A stretch of 64,000 nt of DNA from Blastocladiella emersonii ATCC 22665 (GCA_025594325.1 JANHCV010000001.1:4340001-4404000); one strand, 5' to 3'; shown: positions 24,747-38,400, numbered from the stretch's first letter. The notes: generated from the letters alone by a model not told the origin. Program-made: numbers and translations.

Positions 24747-25261
24747 GCTGAATGCGACGCTTGATAAAGGGTCTACCGCCACGCGCGTCAAGCGTCAGCA
24801 CGCGATCTGAAGCGTACGCGACGGTCCCGCGGCCTGAGCGCCCCGGGGTTTGGTCAGATCTCTGTTCTAGTTGGACCCTCACGTGGTCCGAGCAGCCGTA
24901 TGCGGCAGTGCATCGCCGGAAAGCGAGCACATGTGCGGCGCATCGAGGACGTCAGGCATCCCAGTGAAAAGGTGTCCATCACCCCAAACCCGCGGGGCGT
25001 CGGCCGCGGGACGCGTCAATAGCGGTAGCAAGAAGAATGCATCGGGTTAGACTGTGCTTACATGAAGGGGGGGGGGGGTGTTGCGTCCGTGGTCGATGGC
25101 CGGAGCGGCGACATGGCGGTGATCAGCCGCGCGACGCGTCCATGGTCCGCGGCAACGGTCACCTCCGTCCCTCACGTCGATGCCACAGTCGGTGGACTAA
25201 TGTGTGTATATAGCGCGCGAGGCAAAAGTGGGGGAGGACATATCAACAGGTAGGGGGAGGT

Positions 25262-27400
25262 TTAGTTGGTTGCTGGCTTGGCGTTGTTGGCACCCTTGAA
25301 GCCCTTGGACGCGGGCGCGGTCTTAGGCTTCGCAGCGGCGGCGGCAGCGGGCTTCTTGTTGTCCGCGGCACCAGCAGCGGCAGCGGGGCGTTGGCTCTTG
25401 CCCTTACCCTTGCCCTTCTTGCCCTTGTTGAGCGACTGCTTGACGATCTCGGCGTCCTCGGCGTCGTCAAAGGCGACGGGCTCGTCGGCGCCGGCGGCCT
25501 TCTTGCCCTTGGCGCCCTTCTTGGCCTTGCCGTCAGCAGCGACCATGGTCTCCTCGTCCTCGGCGTCGTTGCCGCCGATCTTGGGGATCTTGTTGCTGAG
25601 CTTCTTGAACTTGGCGACAAAGAAGCCGTCCATGTTGTGGGCGTGCGGGTAGTAGCGGCGGGTGAGGGCGACCGAGGGGTGGAACGACTTGCCGCGGAAC
25701 GACTTGAAGCCCTCGACGCCGAAGCTGATGCCCGTGTCGACGAGCTTGACGTTGGGCCGCTTCTTGAGCGCGTAGTCGACCACCTCCTCGTTCTCGCACA
25801 CCATGATCGAGCACGTCGAGTACACAAAGTACCCGCCCGTCTTGGAGTTGGCGTCGACCGAGTCGATGGCGGCCAGGATCAGCTCCTTCTGCAGGTGCGT
25901 GAGCATGTGGAAGTCCTCGGCCGACTTGTTGGTCTTGACCGAGGGGTCCTTGGCGATGACACCGGTGCCCGAGCACGGCGCGTCGAGCAGCACGCGGTCG
26001 AACCCGCCGACGACGCCGGGGAACTTGCGGCCGTCGTAGTTGCACACGACCGCGTTCTTGACGCCGAGGCGGGCAATGTTGGCAACGAGCGACTTGGTGC
26101 GGTCCTTGTTGGCGTCGTTGGCAAACACCATGCCCGTGTTCTTCATGAGCGCGGCCATGTAGGTGGTCTTGCCGCCGGGCGCCGAGGCCATGTCGAGGCA
26201 CCGCTCGCCCTCGACGGGGGCCAGGGCCATGACGGGGAGGAACGAGGACGCGGCCTGCAGCATGTAGTGACCGGCGAGGTACTCGGGGGTGGCGCCGATC
26301 GGGACGGGCGAGTCGAACACCTGGAGACCGACCTTGGACCACTTGCCAATGGGCTCGAGGTTGACGCCGCGGTTGACGAGGGCCTGGGCGAGGTCGCGGC
26401 GCGTGGTCTTGAGGGTGTTGGCGCGGATCGTGACGGGGCGCGGGGTCTCGTTGGCGTCGAGGAAGGCGATCAGCTCGGTCACACTGAAAAGCTCCTTGAA
26501 GCACTCGAGGAGGTACTCGTTGTAGCCGTAGTAGAGGCACAGGTCGCGCACGAGCTGGGCAATGTACTCGGAGCGCGAGCGGCCGGGCTGGCGCAGGTCG
26601 GCAAAGTTGCCGAGCACCTTGACGATCTCCTGGATGCGGTGGTTGACGAGTGACAGCTCGGGCGGGCTGATAATCTCGCGCTCCACGTCCTCTTCCGTGG
26701 GCAGAACAAAGAACTGCTCGTCGACAATGTTGGTCTCGAGCGCCTCGTCCTCGTCGTCGGGGTGCGCGCGCAGGGCGTGCTCGTCCTCGTCGTCGCCGTC
26801 GGACATGTCCTCGAGCTACACGGGCAGACACGTCGACGTTGGTGAGTGGATCGGTCGTGAGGGCAGCATGGGGTAGGCAGGCAAGCGTACCTTGGTGACG
26901 CGGACGTTCTCATCGTCGCTGTCCTCGTCGTCGTCAAAGAGCGCGTCCTGGTCCATGGCGTCCTCGTCGTCCTCGTCGTCGGTGATGGGCTCGTCCTCGT
27001 CCTTGGCGAACTTGTCGATGGCGTCAAAGTCGTCGTCCGAGTGCAGCGAGATGTCGTCGGGGATCTCGTCCGAGGCGGCGCCCTCGTCGTCGGAGCCAGC
27101 AGCGCCGGCCTCATCGTCGGACTCGTCGGACTCACCACCCGAGACGGCGACGTCCGAGTCGGACTCCTCGTCCTCCTCGCTCTCGGGCTGCACAGCGCGG
27201 GCCTTGCCCGCGGCGCCCTTGGCCTTCTTGGCGGGCTGGCGGGCGTCGGCGTCGACGGCGGTCGAGGCAGAGCGCTTCTTCGAGGCGGCGGCCTGGGCGC
27301 GCTTGGCGGCGCGGCGCGGGTTGCGCGGCTTCGCGTCGGCCGACGGCAGCGCCGCGGGGGCACCCTGCTTGCGGCGGGCCTTGTATCCGAAACCACCCAT
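25262..27400 (-). CDS. NOP2: Nop2/NSUN1 25S rRNA cytosine-C5 methyltransferase, 687 aa; intron 26816-26890
   Basis: GATPEYLAGHYMLQAASSFLPV, LDMASAPGGKTTY, FDRVLLDAPCSGTG, VYSTCSI and HAHNMDGFFVAKF, with an acidic N-terminus. Confidence 0.97.
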
Positions 27401-27734
27401 GGCTGTTGCTGCGTGTGTGTGCTACGTCGTCGTCGTCGTGGGGTGCGACGGGATCCGGATCACGTTGCCCAGTGCCCGCGCGACGAGGGGGCAGCGCGCG
27501 GTAGGGGGAGAGCGGCGGTGTGGATTGAGGTCAGGTGGGCCCACCTGCGCCGTTGCTGTGGCGTTTCTGGACTCTGACGCAGCGGGCTGCAGGAGACGCG
27601 TCGCCAACTCAAACGATGGCCGATGGCTTCAGGGGTACGCCGACCGGACGCCTCCTCCGCTCTCCGCACCCTACCACGCATCAACGAAGCTCCGATACGC
27701 ATCGACACCACGCAACGACTCGCGCACCACCACC

Positions 27735-30700
27735 ATGTCGCGCTTGCCCGCGCTGCTCATTGCGTGCTCGTCGTCGCACCATGGCGCCGACCGACCGCCA
27801 TCGCCACTGGCGCTGAGCCGCCCGGCCCTCGGCGCGGCCACGCGATCGGCCACGTCCTCGCCAGCCTTCTCAGCAAGCACCAGCATCCCAAGCTCGGCCG
27901 ACACGTCGTTTGCCGCGCTGTCGCGCCCGTCCCAGCAGCCCGGTTGGTGCAGTGCAAGGTCCGTCAACTCTCCGCTTTCCTGTCGCGCACACACGGCTAA
28001 CCGTGTTCTTTCGCGATTAAAGGAACTGCGCGTACCCGCAGTGGCTCGTCTTCTCGGTCGGCGAGGACCACGCGCCGCCGCCGGCCATCACGGCGATCCA
28101 GCTGCTCGCGCACAACTTCAAGATCCCGTCGCGCGTCTCGATCCAGCTCGCCGACACGCCGTCGGCCGCGTCCGTCGCGCACTTGCTGCGCTCGGGCGCC
28201 GGCGACCCCGCCAAGCTCGCCGGGGCAGTGCACTGGATCGAGTACGGCCACGTCGACATGTCGACCAACGCCGCGTCCAACTTCCGCGCCCGCGAGCTCA
28301 AGACCATCCCGACCGCCATTGGCGGCACCGCCCTGATCCGCCTCGTCCTGCACGGCAACTACCACAACGACCTCAACCTGTGGAACCAGGTCTCGCTGCT
28401 CGAGGTCCGCTTCTACGGCCACGACGACGCCGCCGACATGCCGCCGCCCGTGTCGGCGCCGCCCGCCCGCCGCGACGTGGCATCACCGCTCCCGCCGCGC
28501 CCGCCATCGCTCGTCGCGCCATCCTCGCCGTCCATGGCCACCATCGCCGCCCTCGTCGCGTCGTCGTCCGAAACGGCGGCCGCGAAGCGCAGCTCGGTCA
28601 TCTCCGCCAGCTCGCCGACCGTGAGCCGCGGTACCTTTGCCACCAGCAACGGCCACGTCGCCGCGTCTCCAATCCTCGCGCGCGCTGACGCGGAGCTCGG
28701 CTCGCCGCGCATTTCCCTCGCGTCGCCCGCCCGCAGCGCCATGGAGCCGCCGCGCAGCAACTCGGCGCCGACCCCGACCCCGACCGCCGCGTCGCGCCTG
28801 CAGTCGCTCGGGTACACGGCGCTCGACGCGCTCGCCGCACAGAAGCAGGACGCGGTGCTGGGCGAGGACTACGACCGCGCCGCCGCCCTCAAATCCGCCT
28901 GCGAGACGCTGCACGACCTGCTGCGCCAGCTCGAGCGGTGCCAGCTGTTCCTCAACGCCAACGGCGGTGGTAGCAGCGGCGGCTCGGGCGCGGGCACCGT
29001 CGGCGCCGAGCTCTGGGTCAACCGCAGCCGCCAGCTCGAGGCCGCGCTCCGCGTCACGCTCAACCGCGCCGGGTTCCTCCCCGACGACCAAGTCAACGTC
29101 GACGCCGTCGCGCAGCTCCCGGAGCTCCCGGATCCCGTCATGTCGCCGCCCGTGCGCAAGCGGGAAGAGTCGATCCGCGCGCCCGAGATCCCCCTGCGCC
29201 AGCCGCCGCTCGCCGACGCGCCGAGACCCGTGGCGACGCCGCCGCCCGTCACGGCGCTCCCGCCTGTCCCCGCCGAGCCTGAGCGCGAACGCGTGGCGTC
29301 GCCGCCTGTTCCCGCAGCGCTCGACCGCGCCAAGTCGCCGCCCATCCCAACCCTGCGCGGCGGGAACGCGGCGTCCGTGGCCGACCTGTTCTCCAACGCG
29401 GGGCCCGACTCGATCCCGCCGGGCGCCCAGCCATCTGCGCCGCGGTCCAAGAGCCCGAGCCCCGAGCGTAAACCCGTGGCGGTCCGCGCCGCCCGCCGGC
29501 CCTCGGACCCGAAGCGCGGCGCGAGCAAGACGAGTCCCAAGGCCAAGGCGGGCGCGCTGTCGAGCCAGCCCGGCTCGCCCGTGATCGCTGCCGCTGCACC
29601 CGAGCCGTGGACGCTGACCGAGGAGCAGCAGGTCGACTACCGGCTCGCCATCGACTGGGCCGGCGAGGACCTGGTCGCGCGGTTCCTGGCCAAGGAGTTT
29701 GACGTCAAGGAGGCGAGTCTGCGCGCCATGCTCGACCGTGTCGAGGGCGGGCCGCCCACTTCGACCAGCGGCACCACGTCGCCCGACCCGCAGTCCGACC
29801 CGGTCGTCGTCCTCAAGGGCGTGTTCGCGCTCGTCGCGCCGACGCTGCCGGACCCGCGCGAGCGCGTGTGCGCGTGGGGCATCGCGCTGTGGCGCGCGGT
29901 CGCGACGCCCGCGTGGGTCGGCCCGCACCTCACGCTGTTCACGGGGCTCAGCGCGCCGCACTGGCCCGTGCTGCTGTCCAAGGCCGGCGACCCAAACCCG
30001 CGCGTCGCCAGCCCGGCGCGCGCCCTCGCCATCGCCCTCATGACGCAGTTCCCCGCGCCGTTTGCGGGAATGGTCCTCAAGCCGTTCCCCGCGCCCTCGG
30101 CGCCGTGGCGCCAGCTCCGCGTGCGGCTCGCGCTCATCGAGGATACCCTGCGCAGCGTCGGGCTGACCAACGTGCCCGCCGCGGTCCACGAGGACCCGAT
30201 GTCCGTCACGCTCCCGCGCGCGGGCGCCAGGGGTAAGAAGCGCGCGTCCGTCGGCCCGCCGCGGTCCAACGGTCCCCCGCCCGCCGGCCACCACAAACGG
30301 TCCAACTCGGTCGGCCGTGCACGCGCCGGCACCCCGCTGAGCCGCGCGCAGTCGGCGACGTTCGCGATGCGGTCGTCGGCGAGCCTCGCGCCCACCGGGT
30401 ACGATTTCCCGACGGTCCAGGACCTGGTCACGCGGCACCTCGCGCACATGAACAACGCGGTCCGCGAGGCCGCCGCGTCGCTCATGGTCGCGTGCGCGCG
30501 CGAGGTCGGGCCCGCACTCATGGCACCGTGTATCGACAAGCTCGGGCGCCGCGTGCACGAGCAGGCGCTCCGCGCGCGGCTCGAGAATCTCGACGCGCCC
30601 GTGGCGAAGCCGGCAGCAGTGGAAGATGAGGAGGAGGAGGAGGAGTTGTCGTCGTCGGACGACGGCGTCACCGTCAACCACCGCGGCAGCGTCAACGACC

Positions 30701-32085
30701 CGCGGTACCAGCTCCAGCGCGCGCACACCATGGCCGCGGTTCCCGTCGCTGCCGCCGCCGCCGCGCAGCAGCCGTCGGCGAAAGGTCCAGCCGCGATGGC
30801 TGCTCTCGCCCAGGACGTGGCGGCGCGCCGCAGCCAGGCCGGCCACATCCGCGTGCAGGAACCGCCTGCGCGCACGGCCGAGGATCACGCGGGCGCGCCG
30901 TCGGTCGTCAAGTCGTCGCCCCGCGCCAAGGCCGCGAGTATCGGGCGCAGCAGCTCGGCCGCGTCCGCGTCGTCGCCGCCGCCGCCGCGGCCCGCGTCGC
31001 TCGTAATTGGTGCCGCGCCCGCGGCCGAGAACGGCGGCGCTCGCACGGCGGTGGCGAACCACCACGCGCAGCAGCAGCGGCAGTCCATGTCGCATGCTCC
31101 CGCCCTCGTGACGCCGGCGGCAAGTGCGGCGACGTCCCCGCGCGCGGCACCCGTCACGCTCCCGCGCCCCGCGTCGCCCGTCGCCCTGACCACGTCCGCC
31201 GGCACCTCCGCCGCCGCGTCCGCCGTCACGTCGCCGTACCTCAAGTCGCCCGCCGTCCCCGCCAACCGCACCCAGCAGTCGTCGTCGTCGCCGCAGCAGC
31301 CGCAGAAGCTCATGCTGCAGCGCACGGCGAGCTCGGCGAGCGCGGCCGTGTACCACACGCAGCCGCAGGCGCAGGCGTCGGCGGTGGGCGAAAAGGACAA
31401 GAAGGACAAGGAGAAGGGGTTCTGGGGCCGGTTGTTCAGCCACAAGGACAAGGAGAAGGACAAGGACAAGGACAAGGAGCGCGACCACGAGAAGCCCAAG
31501 TCGCCCAAGCAGCTGCTCGGCGTGGGCAAAAAGGACAAGAAGGACAAGAAGGACAAGGACAAGCGCGCGAGCTCGGCGTCGCTGCCCCCACCGCCCATGG
31601 CCGCGGCTGCGGCACCAGCACCCGTGGCCACGCGCAAGCCCGAGGACCCGATGAACCTGGCTGCGTCCGTGGGCCCGAGCGCGGCGACCGAGGGCGACAC
31701 GGCGGCGGGCAGTCCGCCGGGCGGCGACGACTGGAACATCGACTACACGTGCGTGTTCTGCGAGGAGGTGAACCCGGACTTTACGCAGGCGCGGCTCGAC
31801 CTGCACTTCTGGCAGGAGTGCCCGATGCTCAGCGCGTGCCCGTTCTGCCGCGAGGTGGTCGAGGTGGCCAACCTCCCCGCGCACGTCGAGGCCGAGTGTC
31901 CCGCGCCGCCGCCGCCCAGCGTCGTGCTCCGGCCCGACGCGTGCGCGCTGTGCGGCCGGGTCGTCGGGTTCGGCGAGCAGGCGTTCCGCGCGCACCTCCT
32001 CCAGCCTGGCGGGTGCCCGCGCAGCACGCGCAAGCCGCGGCCGGGGGTGCACTACCCCGCGCCCATGGACGGGCGGCGAAAGTAG
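27735..32085 (+). CDS. CEP104: Centriole/cilium-tip protein CEP104, ~1,428 aa; intron 27959-28022
   Basis: N-terminal jelly-roll GWCSARNCAYPQ..IQLLAHNFKIPSRV..RARELKTI..LNLWNQVSLLEV; KQDAVLGEDYDRAAALK coiled coil; TOG-like helical region; C-terminal zinc fingers CVFCEE..LDLHFWQECPML..CPFC..HVEAEC. Confidence 0.88.
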
Positions 32086-32267
32086 TGGTGGCGGCGGCGG
32101 CGGCGATGTACGACTAGCGAGCGATCTAGAGGTGGATATACCCTGCACAATCATGTACAACGACGAGGTTGACGACGAGTCTATTCACGCGACGGGGGGA
32201 GAACAGAAGCGCAGCAGCAGCAATGGGGGGTGGTGATTACATTTGAGACAAGAGCGCGACAAAAAGC

Positions 32268-32978
32268 TTAGTCCATGAGCTGCATGATGGCGCTGGCCAC
32301 GTCGCCGTTGCACGCTTTGATGGTGGCGATGGCCTTGCCGCGGGACGCGCCCGTCTGCTTGACGACGAGAGCGATCTCCTTCTCGGAGACGCCGTCGGGG
32401 AGGGCGGCGTCGTCGGCCTCGTCCTCGGCGTCGTTGGCGTCCTCCTCCTCGGCCTCGAGGTCGGGGATCTCGTCGTCCTCGTGGCCGTGGCCCTCGGGCC
32501 CGTGGTTGCAGTCGGCGGTGTGGACGTGGGGCTGGCGGCCGGCGGCGGCGGCCATGGCCTGCTGCTGGCGCACGAGGCGGTCGCGGGCGAGGTTGGTCGG
32601 GAAGGCGCCCGAGGCCATGGAGGCGACGCCGTAGACGATGTAGACGTCGGCGTTGGCCGACTTGTACACCTCGGGCTCGGCGATCACGATCAGCTCGTTG
32701 CGCGGGCGGCGCAGCACGACGCGCGTCACGCCGTGGACGGCCGACAGGCCCAGGCCCTCGAACACCTTGCGCGCCTTCTTCTCGCCGCGCGTCTGGTCGC
32801 GCACCAGGTCGGCCGCGCGCCGCATCGTCGCCGCGTCGATCTCGGCGGGCACGCCAATCTCCTCGGGCACGGGCGACGACGTCGCGTGGATCTCCTCGAC
32901 CTCCTCGATGGTCGCCTCGGGCACCTGCTCGACGACGGCGGGCTGCTTGGTCTTCTTGGCGGCGGACTTGGGCGACAT
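32268..32978 (-). CDS. Intronless, divergent nascent polypeptide-associated complex alpha-like protein (NAC + UBA), 236 aa
   Basis: QTRGEKKARK..LGL..V.GVTRV..PEVYKS..DVYIVYG (NAC domain) and a C-terminal UBA EKEIALVVKQTGASRGKAI..NGDVASAIMQL. Confidence 0.85.
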   Translation of the reverse strand: MSPKSAAKKTKQPAVVEQVPEATIEEVEEIHATSSPVPEEIGVPAEIDAATMRRAADLVRDQTRGEKKARKVFEGLGLSAVHGVTRVVLRRPRNELIVIAEPEVYKSANADVYIVYGVASMASGAFPTNLARDRLVRQQQAMAAAAGRQPHVHTADCNHGPEGHGHEDDEIPDLEAEEEDANDAEDEADDAALPDGVSEKEIALVVKQTGASRGKAIATIKACNGDVASAIMQLMD

Positions 32979-33648
32979 GGTATGTGCGGTGGTGTTGCGT
33001 GGAGGGTCGATCGCGTAGCGCAGCGTTTCCTGCGGGGTCGCCGGCGGGGCACGGCGACGCGTTCCTCGCTCGGCACGGCGGCGGCGCGGCGCGCGAACGC
33101 CCGCGCTCGCTCGAGGTGATCGGCGCCTCGCCCCAAAGGATCACCTGACCCGCCCTCTTTCAGCGCGTGAGCGGCCTGCCACCCCCATCGCGCCCATCGA
33201 CATGCACCCAATGGGCCGATAATACGCGTAGAATTATCATGCCCGCGTCCCTGAGCTCGATGACGTCGCTGGCGCCAGGATTCGCGCGTGAAAGCGCGAG
33301 GTCGCGGCGAGGAGCGCGGCCCCATGTGGGCAGCGGCCAGCGCCCGTTCGAGGAAGGCGGCGGCGACGGAAACGTCTCGCACCGCCGCTCGGTGCCACTA
33401 CGCCGAGCCCGCGTGAGTCGGTGTCCCGCCCCAAGGACGGGTCATCGGCAGGACAGCGACGGCGGCGGAGAAGGTTGGCGAAGGGTCAAGTTTCAGGCCG
33501 AGGCGGCGCCTCGCCACGGCGGCGGCGACCTGGGCGGCGACCCCTCCCCGCCTCGTCGCGCTCTCCCTCTCCTCTCTCTCCCCGTTTCCCAGACAAACGA
33601 CTCCTCCCAGACCCTGCAACGTATCAACCAACCGCCCGAAACGCAACC

Positions 33649-35278
33649 ATGACCGGCGTCAGCAAGGCCGACAAGGCCCGCGCCGACCGCGAGAAGAAGC
33701 TGCTCAAGTCGCGGCTGCCCAAGTCGCCGCGCGTCGGCTCCGACGTGCTCGACATTGTGTACGTTGGACATCGCGAATTCCCCCCTAGAAACCTCGCCCT
33801 CACACGCCACCGCGCCGCGTAGCACCGACGACGAGTACACGCTCAAGTCGCAGGTCCTGCGCCTCGTCCACAGCCGCCTGCCGCACTGGGAGGACTGGGG
33901 CAGCGTGCTCGACCCCGCCGACATCAAGCTCGAGCGCATCTCGGGCGCCATGACCAACTGCATCTTCGTCGTGCACGGCCCGCCGCGCAAGGTGTCCGAC
34001 ACGGACTCGGCCGTCGACGCCGGCTCGTCGCTGCCCTCGCTCGACTCGCTCGACCCGCTCGATGCCCTGCCGCCGCTGCCCGAGGCCGTCTCTTCTTCTG
34101 TTCCCACAACGGACCCGCGCATCGTGCCCTCGCCGCGCGCGCCCCTGTCCCTGTCGCTCCGCCTCGCCACGTCCTCGTCGTACCCGCTGCCGCGCACCAA
34201 CTCGTGCGTGCCGCGCCGCCTGCTGCTGCGCGTCTACGGCGTCGGCATGGAAAACTACATCAAGCGCGACCGCGAAATCTACTGGCTGCGCAAGCTGTCC
34301 GAGACGGGCTACGGCCCGCGCCTGCTCGCCACTTTCGCGAATGGCCGCTTCGAGGAGTACCTCGACTCCATCACCCTGTCGCGCCACCACCTGCGCGACC
34401 CGGCCACCTCGCGCAACATTGCCGAGAAGGTGTGCGACCTGCACAACCTCGCCGACCAGTTCCCCGTGTCCCCCGGCATCGCCGAGGAGCGCGCGTCCGA
34501 CCCGGAGCTGTGGACGTCGGTGAAAAAGTACCTCGCCATGGCCGTCCAGTCGGTCGACGCCATTGTCGAGACGTACCCGGACCGCGCCGACCGCATCGCC
34601 AAGCTCGGCCTGCCCGCGCTCGACGCCCTCATTGCGCGCGCCCGCGCGTGCATCGAGCACGTCGGCAGCCCCATCGTCTTCGCCCACAACGACCTGCAGT
34701 ACGGCAACATCCTCAAGCACTCCATGACCGACGAGATCATCATCGTCGACTACGAGTACTCGTCCTTCAACTACCGCGGGTTCGATATCGCCAACCACTT
34801 TTGCGAGTGGATGGCCGATTACCACGGCGACGCACCGCACGTCCTCACCCCGGCCGCCTTCCCGACCCGCGCCGAGCGAGACACCTTCTACCGCGCCTAC
34901 ATTGCCGCCCACGAGCGCCAGTTTGGCGTGCTCCCGCCCATCTTCCCGCGGCCCGCTGCCGCCGCGAACGGCACCTCGAACGGCCTCGCGGCGCCCAAGT
35001 CTCCACAGTCGCCCAAGACCGGCTTCTTCGGCGCCACCGCCGTCCCGCTGCCGCCAACGCCGGCCGACCGCGACGCCGTGGCCGAGGCGCTCGAGCGCGA
35101 GGTGCGCGTCGGCGTGCTCCTGACCCACGTCTTCTGGGGCCTGTGGGGGCTCGTGCGCGAGGCCGACATGCTCGGCCGCCGCGAAATCGACTTTGACTAC
35201 TGGGAGTACGGCGCCGCCCGCATCGAGCGGTTCCGCGACGAGCTCGACGCCGTGTGTGCCGACTTGATGATGGGATAG
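33649..35278 (+). CDS. Choline/ethanolamine kinase, 521 aa; intron 33759-33822
   Basis: ERISGAMTNCIF, LLRVYG, GPRLLATFANGRFEEYL, Brenner motif HNDLQYGNIL, IVDYEYSSFNYRGFDIANHFCEW and HVFWGLWGL. Confidence 0.93.
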
Positions 35279-35496
35279 ACGCGGGGGCCTAGGGCGGGAT
35301 GGGCGTAGTGTTAGTTGATATACATCTATAACTTGGACTTCACTTCTCTTGGTTCTCGATGTGTGTTGTGGCGAGCGAGCGGTGGACGCGTCGCTCATGT
35401 CCGCCTGGCTCGAGACGCGACGCCACTCGCCTCTTCTCCCCGGCTGTCTGAGCACCGCCCATGAATCGCGAATGCTAGCGCAAACTTGATGCAACC

Positions 35497-38400
35497 ATGT
35501 CCCTGGCCGTGAAACAGCAGCTGACCGGCATCTTTGCCCCCGTCGGCGAGTCGCTCCTCGGCGTCGTGCAGCTCGCCGCCCGCGATCCCGGTCAATTGCA
35601 CATCCGTGTCGGACTGCACACATCTCGGAGACTTACACGCTCACCTTAATAGCCGCTGGCGGCGGGAACGGCGGCCGCGACAAGCGCGACGAGACGCGGT
35701 ACCTGTGCCTGACCGCAAAACGGAACGGCAAGAACAAGCTCAACAAGGTCAAGTACGCCGGCGGCACCTACAACGTCACCAAGAGCTGGGTCGTCACGGA
35801 CATGACGGTCCTCGAAGTCGTTGACGTGCGTGCGCCTTCGCCGAGGACGCGGGAGCGACCACTAACACGCGGGGGACGCACAGAAATACACGTTCATCAC
35901 CGTGTTCGGCCGCCCGCAGCAGTGGCAGGCGACCGACGCCCACGCCAAGGACGAGTTTCTCGCCACCATGCTCAAGCTCGCCAAGAAGAAGCCGCCGCGG
36001 CTCGTCAATGTCGATAACCGGCTCATGAAGGCGTCCAATTGTACGTTTTCTGTTCGTGTGCGTTAGCGGGGACGCATACTGACGCGCTGAGTGTAGACGA
36101 TCTGCTCGACGAGGGTGGCGACACGTCCGAGTCCAATGCCGCGCCAGGCGCCGACACCAACGGCGAGGCCAAGCCCGCGGCCACCGCCGAGGACGAACGT
36201 ACGCCTCTCACCGTCGCTCCGACACCCATCGTGGACACTGACCCCCAATCACCACGCAGTGTACCTCGGCCAGGCCGCCGAGCTCGTCAACATCGACGAC
36301 CTGCTGCGCGACCTCAACTGGAAGTCCAACAATAGCGCGACCGCCGTCGAGCGCAAGCTGCAGCAGGAGCTCGTTCAGCTCGAGTCGGACAACATACATG
36401 CGCTCATCGAGAGCACCGCACGGACGCAGCTGATCGTCGCACAGATCGACAAGGCCGTGCAGAAGCTCGACGCGATGCAGTCGTGGATCTCGGGTTACGC
36501 GACGTCGCTCGCGCAGATCGCGCCGCAGGTCCAGTACATCCAGGACCGCAACCGCGTGTCGCAGGCCAACGCGCGCAACCAGGCGCGGCTCAAGGAGACG
36601 CTCGCGACCTTCCTCGCCTCGCTCGCCGTCCCCGCGCAGCTCGAGGACGTCCTGCGTCGCGCGCCCCTCGCCCCGCCACACCTCCCCGACGTCGAGCGCG
36701 CCGCGCAGGCCCTCCTCGCCGCACAGCACACACAGCTCGACCAGGACCTCGGCCACCTCGCCGTCGTCCGCGAGCAGACGGACCGCCTGCGCGACCTGAC
36801 GGGCCAGTTCGCGCACCGCGTCGTCGACGCCCTCGTGTCCACGGCCGGCGTCGAGGCCGAGGCCGCCCGCGGCGACCGCGCCCGTGTCGTCCGCGCCCGC
36901 GCCCAGCTCCGCCTCCCGCCCCACACGGACCGCGAGCTCGCCCTCGCCCCGCTCCGCGGCCTCGCACTCTGGCTCCGCGAGGCTGAGCCGCGCGCGTTCC
37001 AGGACGTCCTCGCCGGGTACGTCGGGCATATCGCGCCCGTGTTCCGCGCTGAGCTCCGCGAGCTACTCGAGGGCGTCAAGATCGCCGCGTCTGCTGCGCC
37101 CCCGGCGGCGGGTGGCGCGGCGGCCGGTGGTGGCCGCGGCGCGGCGCCGAGCGGCGATGAGGCCGCCGCGGGACCCGCCGAGTACTTGTTCACGGCGCAC
37201 GCGGCGTCGTCGGGCGTCGCGGCCGTCGCTGGGTCGGTCTCCGCGGGCCTGTCCAAGAACCTCGCCGGGTCCAAGAACACGCTCGCCAACGCCCTCGGGC
37301 GCACCGGCGGACACGCGCGCAAGGAGAGCAGTAACCCGACGGGCGGGAAGCTCGGCGGGACGCTCGGCCGTGGTGGGAATACCGGCGCGAGCTCGCCGAA
37401 TCTTATGGCCGGCGAGAGCGACGGAGCGACGGGGAAGGGCATGGATTTCGGGACGGTACGATGGCCATGGCCACGCGGTTCGCCGAGTTGCTTGACTCAC
37501 CGCCCGATTTCTGTGTAGGCGTTCGCCATCGGGCTCGCGCAGATCGTGCCGACCGTGTACCGCGAGCAGAACTTTGTGGTCGGCTTCTTCCACCTGTACC
37601 CGAACCCGCCGTCGTTCGAGTCGCGCAGCCCGAAGGTTAACCCGCGGCGGTGGATCGACGCGCTGCCCAACTACCCGGTCCCGCCGTCGACCGCCGACCT
37701 CGTGCGCGACGTGGTCTCGGCCGTATTCGACGGGCTGCCCGCGGACCTCAACGCGACCGCCGACGTCGGGCTCGCGCGCGACCCCGGGTCCGCCATCGCC
37801 ATGCTCAACGCTGTCGAGAAGCAGGTCGCGGCCGTCCGCGCCACGGTCGCGACCGCGGGCCCCGCGCGCAACGGAAGCCAGGAGTGGAGCGGGAGCACCG
37901 AGTTCGGCCCGCCGTCCCCGAGCCCCAGTGCTGCGGCTGCGGCCGACGGACCGCCCAACTACCTCCAGACGGTCCTCGTCGGGCTCCAGGCCAAGCTGCG
38001 CGCGGCGTGGGCCAAGTGCGTCGAGCAGCAGGTCAAGGCGGTGCAGGAGGCCAAGTACTCGAAGAAGCGCACGGGCGTGCTCTCGTTCGTGCGCATCTAC
38101 CCGCGGTTCGTCGACCGGCTCGTCGAGACGGTCGAGGCGCCGCCCGAGCCCGTGCGCCGGCTGCTAGACAACGCCCTCGACACGGTGCTCCGCGCGGTCG
38201 TCCAGGCCATCGAGTCGCTGCCCGTCGTCGACGACGAGGTGCTGATCCTGGAGAACGCCATGTACCTGTACGGCGAGCTGCGCAGCGGGCCCGCGGGCTC
38301 GATCGCCGCGCTCGACGACCACCTCGCCCGGCTCCAGGCGCTCAGCGCCAAGCACGCCGACGAGTACGTCGCGCATCTCCTGCAGAAGGCCATGGGCAAG

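Noticed and set aside
25066-25078. Poly-G run upstream of the SPRY/IQ gene and other G-rich tracts (e.g. 16981-17105)
   Set aside because: Homopolymer and Pro-codon-derived G tracts are common in this composition; nothing supports a specific G-quadruplex function.
27401-27734. RFX X-box-like GTTGCC half-sites upstream of CEP104 (and GTTG/GCAAC near CFAP65, 53152-53593)
   Set aside because: Only half-sites, with no convincing palindromic GTNRCC-N-RGYAAC; expected by chance.
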